A stretch of 64,000 bases of DNA. Source: a virus. This document shows, piece after piece, positions 19,035-28,037 of the stretch. Both the position numbers and the translations under genes were made by a program. Below the pieces are notes generated by a model. That model was not told where the DNA came from, made no database searches, and saw nothing but the letters and a program-made list of their open reading frames with translations. The stretch is taken from positions 16,156 through 80,155 of IMG/VR virus record IMGVR_UViG_3300033816_000828. One strand, given 5' to 3'. Position 1 is the first letter of the stretch, and each line of letters begins with the position of its first letter.

Positions 19035-19246
19035 CAGACATCACCACCATCTACGCCTGAGCTACCGTAGTAATAACTAGGATCATCAAATCTATTATCG
19101 TATTTAGATTCTATATCAGCAATGACAGGAGTATTTTTTACATAAGTATTTAGAACAGAATATTTACCGGTATTAGAGCATGTAACAATGGCTGTGCCAT
19201 TTTTTAATAGATTTTCTGAAATTGCTTTAGTAATATCATTAGCCAT
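19034..19246 (-). CDS. Hypothetical protein
   Basis: AAGGA SD, coupled ORF. Confidence 0.65.
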   Translation of the reverse strand: MANDITKAISENLLKNGTAIVTCSNTGKYSVLNTYVKNTPVIADIESKYDNRFDDPSYYYGSSGVDGGDV

Positions 19247-19279
19247 AATATTTTCCTTATTTTAGAAGATATTTAATAT

Positions 19280-19606
19280 TTAGTTTATTGTGACAGTACC
19301 GTCTTGATTCATAGTAAAATTACCGATTACTGAATTGCCTTCGGCTATTGCTTCTGGTTTTACTGTTGCCAAGAGTTGACCTAGTTTGTAATGTAACTCA
19401 AAAACCTCTTTAGCATCAGTTCCTAATTCAGCAGCAATTTGTTCTGGAGTTGCACCAGTACCGTTTTGCCAAAATGTGTTTGATCCACGATTAAATGCGT
19501 TGACCATTTGTTGATATGTTTGTCTTGTGGTTTGAATTAGTCTATTAGCGGCCAACTTTGCTGGCGACATTGGGGCTGGAACATTATTTTGATCTAATAT
19601 ACTCAT
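19280..19606 (-). CDS. Hypothetical protein
   Basis: ORF in operon. Confidence 0.7.
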   Translation of the reverse strand: MSILDQNNVPAPMSPAKLAANRLIQTTRQTYQQMVNAFNRGSNTFWQNGTGATPEQIAAELGTDAKEVFELHYKLGQLLATVKPEAIAEGNSVIGNFTMNQDGTVTIN

Positions 19607-19607
19607 T

Positions 19608-20408
19608 TTAATTTCTCCATATTTCTAGATTTTTGTACTTATCACTCAAAAATTTACCAAGAGTTTTTTCACTATCATGAGGTACAGGATTTACTATTGG
19701 GCGAATAGAGTGTAGATTGGGAATTCTATGAACACCTTCATCGTCCTCTTTAGTATACTGTTCAACATTATTAAAATTGTGATTAAAGTAAGGCAATTCT
19801 AAATAATCATACACCAACTTCATAGTTTGTGCTGGCGTTGATGTTAATGCGTCAAATTCCAAAAAAAATAACTTATTCTTATAACCACGACTTATAGCAT
19901 CTTTGACTCTGTTGTAGGCTAATCCTACTGGCTGACTTTGATTTGACCATATTTCACACCGACCTTCCACAGTTTGAGCTTTAAAATAATCACTTTGTTC
20001 AAAATTCCATTGAGAAAATCCTGTGCTTTTTCTCCATAATTTTTCAAAACTACTTAATATTTCATTTAAATTACGTACCGGAACAATAATTTTAGGAGTA
20101 TATCCCAAAATAAATTCCATCATTTCTATTAAGCTTAACCAGCCCCTGCCCTTATCTATTAACAAGTTTTTATCTGTAGTATGATAATTATTAAGAACAG
20201 ATGTTAGTACTCTTTTTAATTGATCGTAATCCACACCTTCTGCTTGATGTTCAATTAAACGATCCCACTGATTGCGTATATTAAATAAAATGTCGTGGCA
20301 TCCGCTTGTAGCTTTGCTAACAAACAAATTATCATTTTGAGCCAATATGTTGCAAAGTAGTGTGCTTCCTGATCGTGGAAGTCCGCTAATAAAAAAGAAA
20401 TTTTTCAT
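19608..20408 (-). CDS. Sulfotransferase-family protein
   Basis: GLPRSGSTLL 5'-PSB loop, VRNLNEILSS 3'-PB, EFDALTSTP. Confidence 0.85.
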   Translation of the reverse strand: MKNFFFISGLPRSGSTLLCNILAQNDNLFVSKATSGCHDILFNIRNQWDRLIEHQAEGVDYDQLKRVLTSVLNNYHTTDKNLLIDKGRGWLSLIEMMEFILGYTPKIIVPVRNLNEILSSFEKLWRKSTGFSQWNFEQSDYFKAQTVEGRCEIWSNQSQPVGLAYNRVKDAISRGYKNKLFFLEFDALTSTPAQTMKLVYDYLELPYFNHNFNNVEQYTKEDDEGVHRIPNLHSIRPIVNPVPHDSEKTLGKFLSDKYKNLEIWRN

Positions 20409-20447
20409 AATATTCTCCTATGACTATACTATATTATAGCCAAGCGA

Positions 20448-21674
20448 TCAACCATACGCAATTTCTACACCATCAACATGAGCAACCCAGCGAATAGTTT
20501 CACCAGTTTGCCCGATCACATTAATTTGAAGAGCATCATTTGTATCATCGGCTGTTATTGATACATCATAAGAAGCGTCATCTTCAACATCTGTGCCTAA
20601 TATACTAACTGTTCCTATAAGGCTTGTGGTTCCGCTTATGTTTTTAATTGCTACTTTACGAATATAATGAATGGCTTTGCTACCACCATTAATAATACCA
20701 GCAATAGAAACTGTAGCAAATAAAGCCTTGCCAGACGGAATAGTTAATCTTATACTGTTACTATCAAGAAAGAGTTCTGTTGGTGTGTCATCTGACGTAA
20801 TTTGACGTAGAATAAAATTTACTCTTTGTGCATCACCGTCAGATGCAAAACTTCCGGCGGAATATGCTTGCATTCCGTACCTGTCGGCTTTAGCCTGTAA
20901 CCCGCCGCTTATGGTGCTGCCGATGGCGCTAGCATTGTTGTTATTGCCGCCACTCACAGTGCTGTAGTACGCGCTGGCGGTATTACTGCCGCCGCCACCA
21001 ATCGCAGAAAGGGGGCCACTGGCCGTGTTGCTGTTACCGCCGCAAATGCTGGCATAAAAATTTGTGGCGCTGTTGTAATTTCCGCCACCAATAGTGGCAT
21101 ACAAAGCACTGGCGGTGTTATGCGAACCGCCGCCAACAAAACCTTCGTTTTCCGCCGTGTTGTAACGACCGCCGCATACAACGGAATAAGGAGCGATAGC
21201 GGTGTTGTTTTGACCGCCGCCGATAAACGCGTAGTCGCTCCCGATAGGAATTGAATTGTAAGATCCGGCGCTAATTCCGGCGTATGTGCTTTCAACAGTG
21301 TTCTGATAGCCGCCGCCGATAAACGAGTAGTCGCTGAACTGAGCGTTGTTATTTTTACCACCTCCAACCACAGCATACGAACCGCTAACCGTATTGTTGT
21401 CTCCACCACCAACAACGCTACTGCCAGCGTTAACACCTACACTATTGCCGCCATTAGTTGGTAAAATATTAAAATTTTCGTCAAGTATATATGGAAATGC
21501 TGGAAATAGTCCGCTAACACTACTATTAAAATCTGTTATATTTGAACTGGTATGAGTATGTCCACTAACGCTAACAAATACATTATTTAATGTTAAGCCT
21601 GTTGTAAAATTACCACTAGAGGCAATAAGATTGCCGCTTGTTGTAACATCATTATTACTATAATTAATTGCCAT
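20448..21674 (-). CDS. Tail-fibre/adhesin-like protein with GGGxxNxA beta-roll repeats
   Basis: About 14-residue GGG..N.A repeats; C-terminal domain (TIRWVA) paralogous to the end of 21710..26248. Confidence 0.75.
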   Translation of the reverse strand: MAINYSNNDVTTSGNLIASSGNFTTGLTLNNVFVSVSGHTHTSSNITDFNSSVSGLFPAFPYILDENFNILPTNGGNSVGVNAGSSVVGGGDNNTVSGSYAVVGGGKNNNAQFSDYSFIGGGYQNTVESTYAGISAGSYNSIPIGSDYAFIGGGQNNTAIAPYSVVCGGRYNTAENEGFVGGGSHNTASALYATIGGGNYNSATNFYASICGGNSNTASGPLSAIGGGGSNTASAYYSTVSGGNNNNASAIGSTISGGLQAKADRYGMQAYSAGSFASDGDAQRVNFILRQITSDDTPTELFLDSNSIRLTIPSGKALFATVSIAGIINGGSKAIHYIRKVAIKNISGTTSLIGTVSILGTDVEDDASYDVSITADDTNDALQINVIGQTGETIRWVAHVDGVEIAYG

Positions 21675-21709
21675 TTAACTTCCCCCCATGTTTATAATAA
21701 TTAATAAGA

Positions 21710-24700
21710 TTATGGACTACCAGTACTAACCTGACTAATATCAATTACTGCCACCCAACGTATAGTTTTGCCACTTATTCCAGTAACATTTATGTCGAGT
21801 GTTTCAGTGGTATCATTAGCAACAACTGTTATATTTGCTGAACTAAGAGAGCTTTCCGCAAAACTTTCAGTAATTAACCCACCAATTAATGATGTTTGAG
21901 CCGATGCATTTCTTCTTATTCCTCCTCTGAATATCCACCACCCTCCCTCGTTATCAGTATCATTATATGCGCTGACTTTAATTTCGAATGTCCATGTTGT
22001 TTTGGGTGGAACCGTTATTGGTCTTAATGAGCCATCAAGATATAGTAACGCCGGTGTATTTGTATTAGTGCTTCTACGAGCCACTAAAATCATATGTTGT
22101 GCATCTCCGTTAGCAGCAAATTTGCCAGCGGCGTGACATAATGCTCCATAATGACTAGTTTTGCCATTAAAACCTCCGGGTATAGTAGCATAATTACTAT
22201 TATAGGATTCATTTTGATATCCTCCGCCTATAGTATTGTGTGATGCATACCAGTGTATGTAATTGCTTTGTCCACCACCAATCGAACTGTATGGAGAATA
22301 ATCTTCTACTATATTCGAACTACCTCCAGCTATAGTATTGGCGCTGGAATTAGCGCTATTTTGTTCACCACCACCAATAACAGTGTATGTTCCCCCAGCA
22401 TAATTATTAATGCCACCAACTACCACATTATAATTACTTGTAGTCTCATTATCATCACCACCACCAATAAATGAATAGGATCCATCTGATATGTTATTTG
22501 CTCCGCCACAAATTACACTATAGTCTCCTTTAGCAACCATGGTTCCTGTTGATCGTACAGTTTGCCAATCATTAGCATATTCACCCCTAACATTTCCACC
22601 GCTATCTCTCTGTATGGATCCTATACCAGAAGGTTGAATAATTATATTTCCATTAGAATTTTGACTACTAATAGTATTACCGTCTAACCTCAAATTATCG
22701 ATATCAATAATTCCACTAACCGCTAGTATAGTTCCGTCAAATGTTAAATTGGTTTCGGCATTAATTTCATTAGATGTTCCAGTACTAGTCAACACCCGAT
22801 TATCTGTATAATTTGTTATTATTATTCCGCCACTAGATGCTATGGTATAGATTCCACTATTTGTAGATACTAATATCCCACTACCAGAAACAATATCTTT
22901 AACTGGTAATAAACCACTAACAGAATTACTAAAATCTGTAATATCGGCAGAAATGTGGTTATGGATAGAGTTAGCATAACTTCCGCTGGGTTGTAGACCA
23001 GTAACACTTATCGTATAGATATTATTAACGAATGATGTTGTGACATATCCACTACCACTAATACTAGGTAACAGACCACTAACACTACTATTGAAGTCAG
23101 TAATATTACTACTAGTATGAGTATGTCCATTTAGACTAACACCAGTACCATTAACATTTAATGATGTAAAACTACCACTAGCAGCACTTAATAATCCACT
23201 GCTAATTGTTAAACCATTAGTAAAAGTATGAACAGCATCAATAGAACGAGCCTCATTGATATGAATATATTGATAGTGGTCATCATCACCTAATCCGAAT
23301 AAGTTGCCGTGATCATTTTGACTAACACCATAAGTTGCCGTAATAATACTTTTGCGTAAATCTAAGATACTTTGTAAACTACTCTTGGGAGTATTGGTAA
23401 ATGTATCATTAGTAACAAAGATTAATCTGTATAATGGTCTTAATTCATTTGTTGGAATATTTGTGAGATTAATATCACTCCAATTATTATTATTCTCAGC
23501 GGACTGTAAGCTACTATCTTCTCGTTGACCCATAATAGCTAATATAGGATCATTAATATCATTAGTACCAACAATCCACATGGCAAAGTATCTATTATTA
23601 GTAACATTTGGTGTTGTCCATGTTCCACCAGAATATAAATTATACAATGCTCTAGTACCATTATATTTTAATGGATATGTTGTCGCGACATCTCTCACCC
23701 ACTGTCCAGTAGATCCAAGATGATAATAAACTGGAATATAAGCTATTGGATTTAGCTGTTGAATAAATGCTCCAGCGCCTGTTCCATTGGTGATATTAAT
23801 AATAATATCTTCTTGATAAAGAGTACCATCACTAATATCAATTTGAGCATGGCTGTTAGAGCTTCCATTGCCAAGAAGAGTATATCCACCAATACTTAAT
23901 CCGTCAATATATTGCATACCGAAAGTGTTATGTATCCACTTATGGGTGCTACTATCCATTCGTATGCCGTGACGCTCTTCACCAAAGAATGTGCTTTGAT
24001 TAATGTCGCTATTCCAATGAATATAGGCGATTGGAACGTCGGTATCAAAATTAAAGCCTGTGGTTTTATTGCTTAACAATCCAGTACTAGTATCAAAATG
24101 AAGATAATTTAGTGCTGTGCCGCTTCCTATAACAATGCTTTCACCCAATGTTTTGGTAACTTTAACGCCTTCAATATAAATATCATAACTAGAACCCGTA
24201 GGAGCAATTGTAAATGTTCTTGAAGAATCATCAAAAGTTATAACACTATCAACTCTATTAACAAATCCTTGAGGTTCTAAACTAAGCTCATTAATTTGAG
24301 TATGAAGATTATCTAATGTTAAGGTGTTAGCGGCGTCATTATAGGTTAATTGAACACCTGTTCCGGCCACTAAAAAACCACTACCCAAATTATCTTGAAT
24401 AGTTTCTAGAATTACACCACTAACATCAGCATTAATGGTATAAACACCACTAGTTGATGATACGGCTATTCCGCTACCAGCAATTATATCCTTAACTGGC
24501 AGTAGTCCACTAACACTACTATTAAAATCTGTAATATCTGTACTAACATGAACGTGTTCACTAGGATAACGACTAAGTTCAACGTATGGACCAATTAAAT
24601 TATACACTCTAACATGGCCACTATCATAATCAGTATTACCATCATTGAAAATAGCTCCTATAGCTAAAATATTACCATCGCTATTTAAGCTGACGCTGAT

Positions 24701-26248
24701 CCCACTATTATCATTAGCTGCTTCGCCATCAATATCGCTTGCCAATTGAATCCATGAGCTTCCATCCCAATAGTATACTCTAACATGGCCACTGTCGGCG
24801 CCATTATCATCATTACCATTTGCGCCAACTGCTAGAATATTACCATCACTATTTAAACTAACACTATATCCGCTAGTATCATTAGCAGCTTCACCATCAA
24901 TATCATTTCCTCGCTGAATCCATGAGCTTCCATTCCAAGCATAAACTCTAACGTGACCACTATTGCTACCATTACCATCATTATAGATAGCTCCTATAGC
25001 TAAAATATTGCCATTGCTATTTAAACTAACGCTATACCCACTAAAATCATTAGTTGCTTCACCGTCTATATCGCTTCCTCGTTGAACCCACAAAATACCG
25101 TTCCAAACATATACTCTAACATGGCCACTATTACTACCGTTATCATCATTGCGAGTTGCCCCTATCGCCAAAATATTGCCATCACTACTCAAACTAACAC
25201 TATATCCACTCAAATCATCCGCTGCTTCGCCATCAATATCTACTCCTAGTTGAATCCATGAACTTCCGTTCCAGCTATATACTCTAACATGACCACTATT
25301 ACTTCCATTACCATCATTAAAATATGCTCCTATAGCTAGAATATCACCATCACTATTTAAATTAACACTAATACCACTATAATCACCAATAGCTTCACCA
25401 TCAATGTCTGTGCCTAATTGAGTCCATATAGTTCCATTCCAAGAATAAACCCTAACATGACCTGTGTTAGTATTATTGCCATATGCTCCTATGGCTAAAA
25501 TATTGCCATCATTATTTAAAGCAACACTATATCCACTATAATTGTAAGAGGCTTCTCCATCGATATCGCTTCCTCGTTGAATCCATGAATTACCATTCCA
25601 AACATATACTCTAACATTACCACTATCATTACCATTATCATCATTATCAGGCGCACCAACAGCTAATATGGTACCATTACTATTTAAACTAACTGACGCA
25701 CCACTAAAATCGCCAGCCGATTGACCATCTATATCATTTCCCAACTGAACAGAATATGGCGATGAAACATATCGATAAATTTTATTGGTATCTAATGTAA
25801 CATATATTGTACCACTAGTTCCAACCGTTGCTAACAATGCTCCATAATCAGCAACTTCTACTACATCATTAACACCGTCCAAAGCATTTTGTAATCCAGA
25901 AACATCAGAAATAATATGACTATGACCATCAAAACTAACACCACTAGTACTAATAGTTAAACTATTTGCTAAATCGTTATAATTAATATTAATACCAGTT
26001 CCAGCAACTAAAAAACCATCTCCTAAAATATCTTCAATATCTTCAGGATCAATAGTAGCACCCGCATTAAAGTAAGCTAAACTATTCCATGGAGTACTTC
26101 CATCTCCAATTTTTAATTTACCAGTATCTTTTTCATATCCTGGTTCACCCAATCGTAAAACTTCACCACCGGGTTGAGGTTCACTTGCTGTCCATTCTGC
26201 TGCTGTTCCACGACGTAATCTAATAATACCATGTTTGTTGTTTGACAT
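21710..26248 (-). CDS. Large modular tail fibre/receptor-binding protein
   Basis: N-terminal LRRGTAAEW...GEPGYEKDTGKLKIGDG anchor, 7 propeller repeats, HxH repeats, GGGxxN repeats. Confidence 0.82.
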   Translation of the reverse strand: MSNNKHGIIRLRRGTAAEWTASEPQPGGEVLRLGEPGYEKDTGKLKIGDGSTPWNSLAYFNAGATIDPEDIEDILGDGFLVAGTGININYNDLANSLTISTSGVSFDGHSHIISDVSGLQNALDGVNDVVEVADYGALLATVGTSGTIYVTLDTNKIYRYVSSPYSVQLGNDIDGQSAGDFSGASVSLNSNGTILAVGAPDNDDNGNDSGNVRVYVWNGNSWIQRGSDIDGEASYNYSGYSVALNNDGNILAIGAYGNNTNTGHVRVYSWNGTIWTQLGTDIDGEAIGDYSGISVNLNSDGDILAIGAYFNDGNGSNSGHVRVYSWNGSSWIQLGVDIDGEAADDLSGYSVSLSSDGNILAIGATRNDDNGSNSGHVRVYVWNGILWVQRGSDIDGEATNDFSGYSVSLNSNGNILAIGAIYNDGNGSNSGHVRVYAWNGSSWIQRGNDIDGEAANDTSGYSVSLNSDGNILAVGANGNDDNGADSGHVRVYYWDGSSWIQLASDIDGEAANDNSGISVSLNSDGNILAIGAIFNDGNTDYDSGHVRVYNLIGPYVELSRYPSEHVHVSTDITDFNSSVSGLLPVKDIIAGSGIAVSSTSGVYTINADVSGVILETIQDNLGSGFLVAGTGVQLTYNDAANTLTLDNLHTQINELSLEPQGFVNRVDSVITFDDSSRTFTIAPTGSSYDIYIEGVKVTKTLGESIVIGSGTALNYLHFDTSTGLLSNKTTGFNFDTDVPIAYIHWNSDINQSTFFGEERHGIRMDSSTHKWIHNTFGMQYIDGLSIGGYTLLGNGSSNSHAQIDISDGTLYQEDIIINITNGTGAGAFIQQLNPIAYIPVYYHLGSTGQWVRDVATTYPLKYNGTRALYNLYSGGTWTTPNVTNNRYFAMWIVGTNDINDPILAIMGQREDSSLQSAENNNNWSDINLTNIPTNELRPLYRLIFVTNDTFTNTPKSSLQSILDLRKSIITATYGVSQNDHGNLFGLGDDDHYQYIHINEARSIDAVHTFTNGLTISSGLLSAASGSFTSLNVNGTGVSLNGHTHTSSNITDFNSSVSGLLPSISGSGYVTTSFVNNIYTISVTGLQPSGSYANSIHNHISADITDFSNSVSGLLPVKDIVSGSGILVSTNSGIYTIASSGGIIITNYTDNRVLTSTGTSNEINAETNLTFDGTILAVSGIIDIDNLRLDGNTISSQNSNGNIIIQPSGIGSIQRDSGGNVRGEYANDWQTVRSTGTMVAKGDYSVICGGANNISDGSYSFIGGGDDNETTSNYNVVVGGINNYAGGTYTVIGGGEQNSANSSANTIAGGSSNIVEDYSPYSSIGGGQSNYIHWYASHNTIGGGYQNESYNSNYATIPGGFNGKTSHYGALCHAAGKFAANGDAQHMILVARRSTNTNTPALLYLDGSLRPITVPPKTTWTFEIKVSAYNDTDNEGGWWIFRGGIRRNASAQTSLIGGLITESFAESSLSSANITVVANDTTETLDINVTGISGKTIRWVAVIDISQVSTGSP
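24596..25750 (-). repeat. Seven ~56-aa FG-GAP-like repeats (probable 7-bladed beta-propeller)
   Basis: Unit IQxGxDIDGEAxxDxSGxSVSLNSDGNILAIGAxxNDxNGSNSGHVRVYxWNGSSW. Confidence 0.85.
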
Positions 26249-26249
26249 A

Positions 26250-26570
26250 TTATGTTCTTTCTATTCTATCTTCTAAGGCTTCTAATGTTTTACCTAAGGT
26301 TGCTATTTGAACTTTTAATTCATTCATCACATCAGTATTTCTTTGTAGTGCTGATGCAAAAGCTGCCTGTGTTTCTTTATTACTAGCTAATCTTTCCATA
26401 ATAAATTGACGATCAATAAGATATGGACTATCATTTTTAACAATTTCTAATACTTCACTTTTGGTTACCATTTTTCGGCCTATTGTTACCCAAAATCCTA
26501 ACATCGTAACAATTATACCAATACTGGTTGTTGCAATATTTTCCCAAAAATGAATAATAGTATCACTCAT
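26250..26570 (-). CDS. TM + coiled-coil hypothetical protein
   Basis: N-terminal TM, C-terminal heptads. Confidence 0.7.
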   Translation of the reverse strand: MSDTIIHFWENIATTSIGIIVTMLGFWVTIGRKMVTKSEVLEIVKNDSPYLIDRQFIMERLASNKETQAAFASALQRNTDVMNELKVQIATLGKTLEALEDRIERT

Positions 26571-26587
26571 AGATAGTGTCTTTCTGT

Positions 26588-26630
26588 AAAAAAATATAAG
26601 CTAGCGATATATTTACCACTAACTTATATT
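26588..26630 (-). terminator. Rho-independent terminator candidate
   Basis: AATATAAGTTAGTGG/TCGCTAGCTTATATT stem (G-U pairs fit the minus strand) followed by a T tract. Confidence 0.6.
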
Positions 26631-26663
26631 ACACTAAACTTTTAATTGAGTATCAGAAATTGA

Positions 26664-27251
26664 TCAGCCGGTTTTCTTTTTATAAGCATCCGTAACAATC
26701 TCAGGACTAGATGTTTTATATGTTAATTCACCAGGAACATCTCGTGTTGGACGAGCAGCATCATCTTGACTAAATGTATCAATAGCAACAACAGGATAAC
26801 CAACATCAAATTCCCCACTATATTCATTCCAGTGACCTTCTCTAATAGCTGTTGTTAAGCGACGAGTTCTAACTCCGTCGTTACAGCCCATTCCACAAGC
26901 TTTAATATAATGAATACTTTGGATTAGGTCTGGTTGTGATGCTCCACTTAATAGAACACTATTTGCTGATCCATTAAGTTCTGTTGTTACTTTTTTAGCA
27001 ATTGGACCGGGATTATTATAGGCTAATATGCCACCACCGTAAACTTTTTCGATATCGTTTGTATCAACAACTGATGAACCAAACACACCAGCATCGTATC
27101 GTGATACACTAACGCCATCTAAAAGATTGGTATTTGAAGCTTTGGCAACTGAACCACCATTACCACCAGCACCACTACCACTAACATTTGGAGGTACTGT
27201 ATTATAAGGACTACCATCGGTTTTGACTGCGACTACTTGTGAAATGGCCAT
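26664..27251 (-). CDS. Hypothetical protein (possibly virion-associated)
   Basis: GGAG SD, Gly/Ser/Val-rich, in the structural region. Confidence 0.7.
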   Translation of the reverse strand: MAISQVVAVKTDGSPYNTVPPNVSGSGAGGNGGSVAKASNTNLLDGVSVSRYDAGVFGSSVVDTNDIEKVYGGGILAYNNPGPIAKKVTTELNGSANSVLLSGASQPDLIQSIHYIKACGMGCNDGVRTRRLTTAIREGHWNEYSGEFDVGYPVVAIDTFSQDDAARPTRDVPGELTYKTSSPEIVTDAYKKKTG

Positions 27252-27331
27252 TTTATTTCTCCATATTATATTAGTAAAAAGATCAATATTCTTTTACACC
27301 AAATTTAAATGATATTTTATTTATTATTATA

Positions 27332-28015
27332 TCAAGGTTCAGGTGTTGGGGTTGGCGTAGGAGTTGTATATGTTGGCGTAGGAGTTGTATATGTTGGCGT
27401 AGGAGTTGTATATGTTGGCGTAGTGTTGTAACAGGGATCAACACCTGTTTCTTCCAAACATTGTGAATATCCTTCACATAGCTGTTGTGTAAAAGGTACG
27501 CACGATACCGTCGTTGTTCCTGTCTCGCATTCGCCGGGGCCTATTATAGGATCAGTGGTTACACATTCAGAACAATCATCAACAACACGATAACGATAAT
27601 ACCATTGAGAGCGAGCGGCCGCTGCTCCTGTCTCACGAAATGGTTCGGACGAATTATAACACGCTGTTCCAGGATAATTAATATGATCTTGAAAAATACC
27701 AGAAGTACCAACACATCCACCAAAAGTGTCACCAACAACATAAAGAGTTCCGTATGGCTGTTCAGACGGAACAAGCTCTGAAGTCATAGGACTAGCATTT
27801 CCTCCTTCTGTCCATGTTACGTTATAATAACCATCTACTTTCTCAGTGCATAGGAAGCGATTATAAGAATCGCATATGCACGGATTGATTGTTGGTGTTG
27901 GTGTAGTTGGCGTAGGTGTTGGCGTGGTCGGTTCAAAAATAACACATTCTTCACAAACATTATCTATTATTCTACGATTAAATCGATTATAATTTATTAT
28001 TAATCTTTTAGACAT
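27332..28015 (-). CDS. Cys-rich protein flanked by Pro/Thr-rich (mucin-like) tracts
   Basis: PTTPTPTPTTPTPT and (YTTPTPT)n. Confidence 0.75.
   Translation of the reverse strand: MSKRLIINYNRFNRRIIDNVCEECVIFEPTTPTPTPTTPTPTINPCICDSYNRFLCTEKVDGYYNVTWTEGGNASPMTSELVPSEQPYGTLYVVGDTFGGCVGTSGIFQDHINYPGTACYNSSEPFRETGAAAARSQWYYRYRVVDDCSECVTTDPIIGPGECETGTTTVSCVPFTQQLCEGYSQCLEETGVDPCYNTTPTYTTPTPTYTTPTPTYTTPTPTPTPEP
27351..27423. repeat. 21-bp tandem repeat, about 3.5 copies (YTTPTPT)
   Basis: gttggcgtaggagttgtatat x3 plus a partial copy. Confidence 0.95.
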
Positions 28016-28037
28016 AATATTTATTCATCATATTTTT

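Noticed and set aside
20954-21436. Overlapping 160-aa ORF in an alternative frame
   Set aside because: Explained by stop-codon scarcity in the high-GC repeat patch.
24596-25750. Possible DGR template/variable repeats or CRISPR
   Set aside because: Degenerate in-frame protein repeats with differences not confined to adenines; no reverse transcriptase in the window.
27351-27423. Possible CRISPR array
   Set aside because: Contiguous identical 21-bp units with no spacers, in frame in a Pro/Thr tract.
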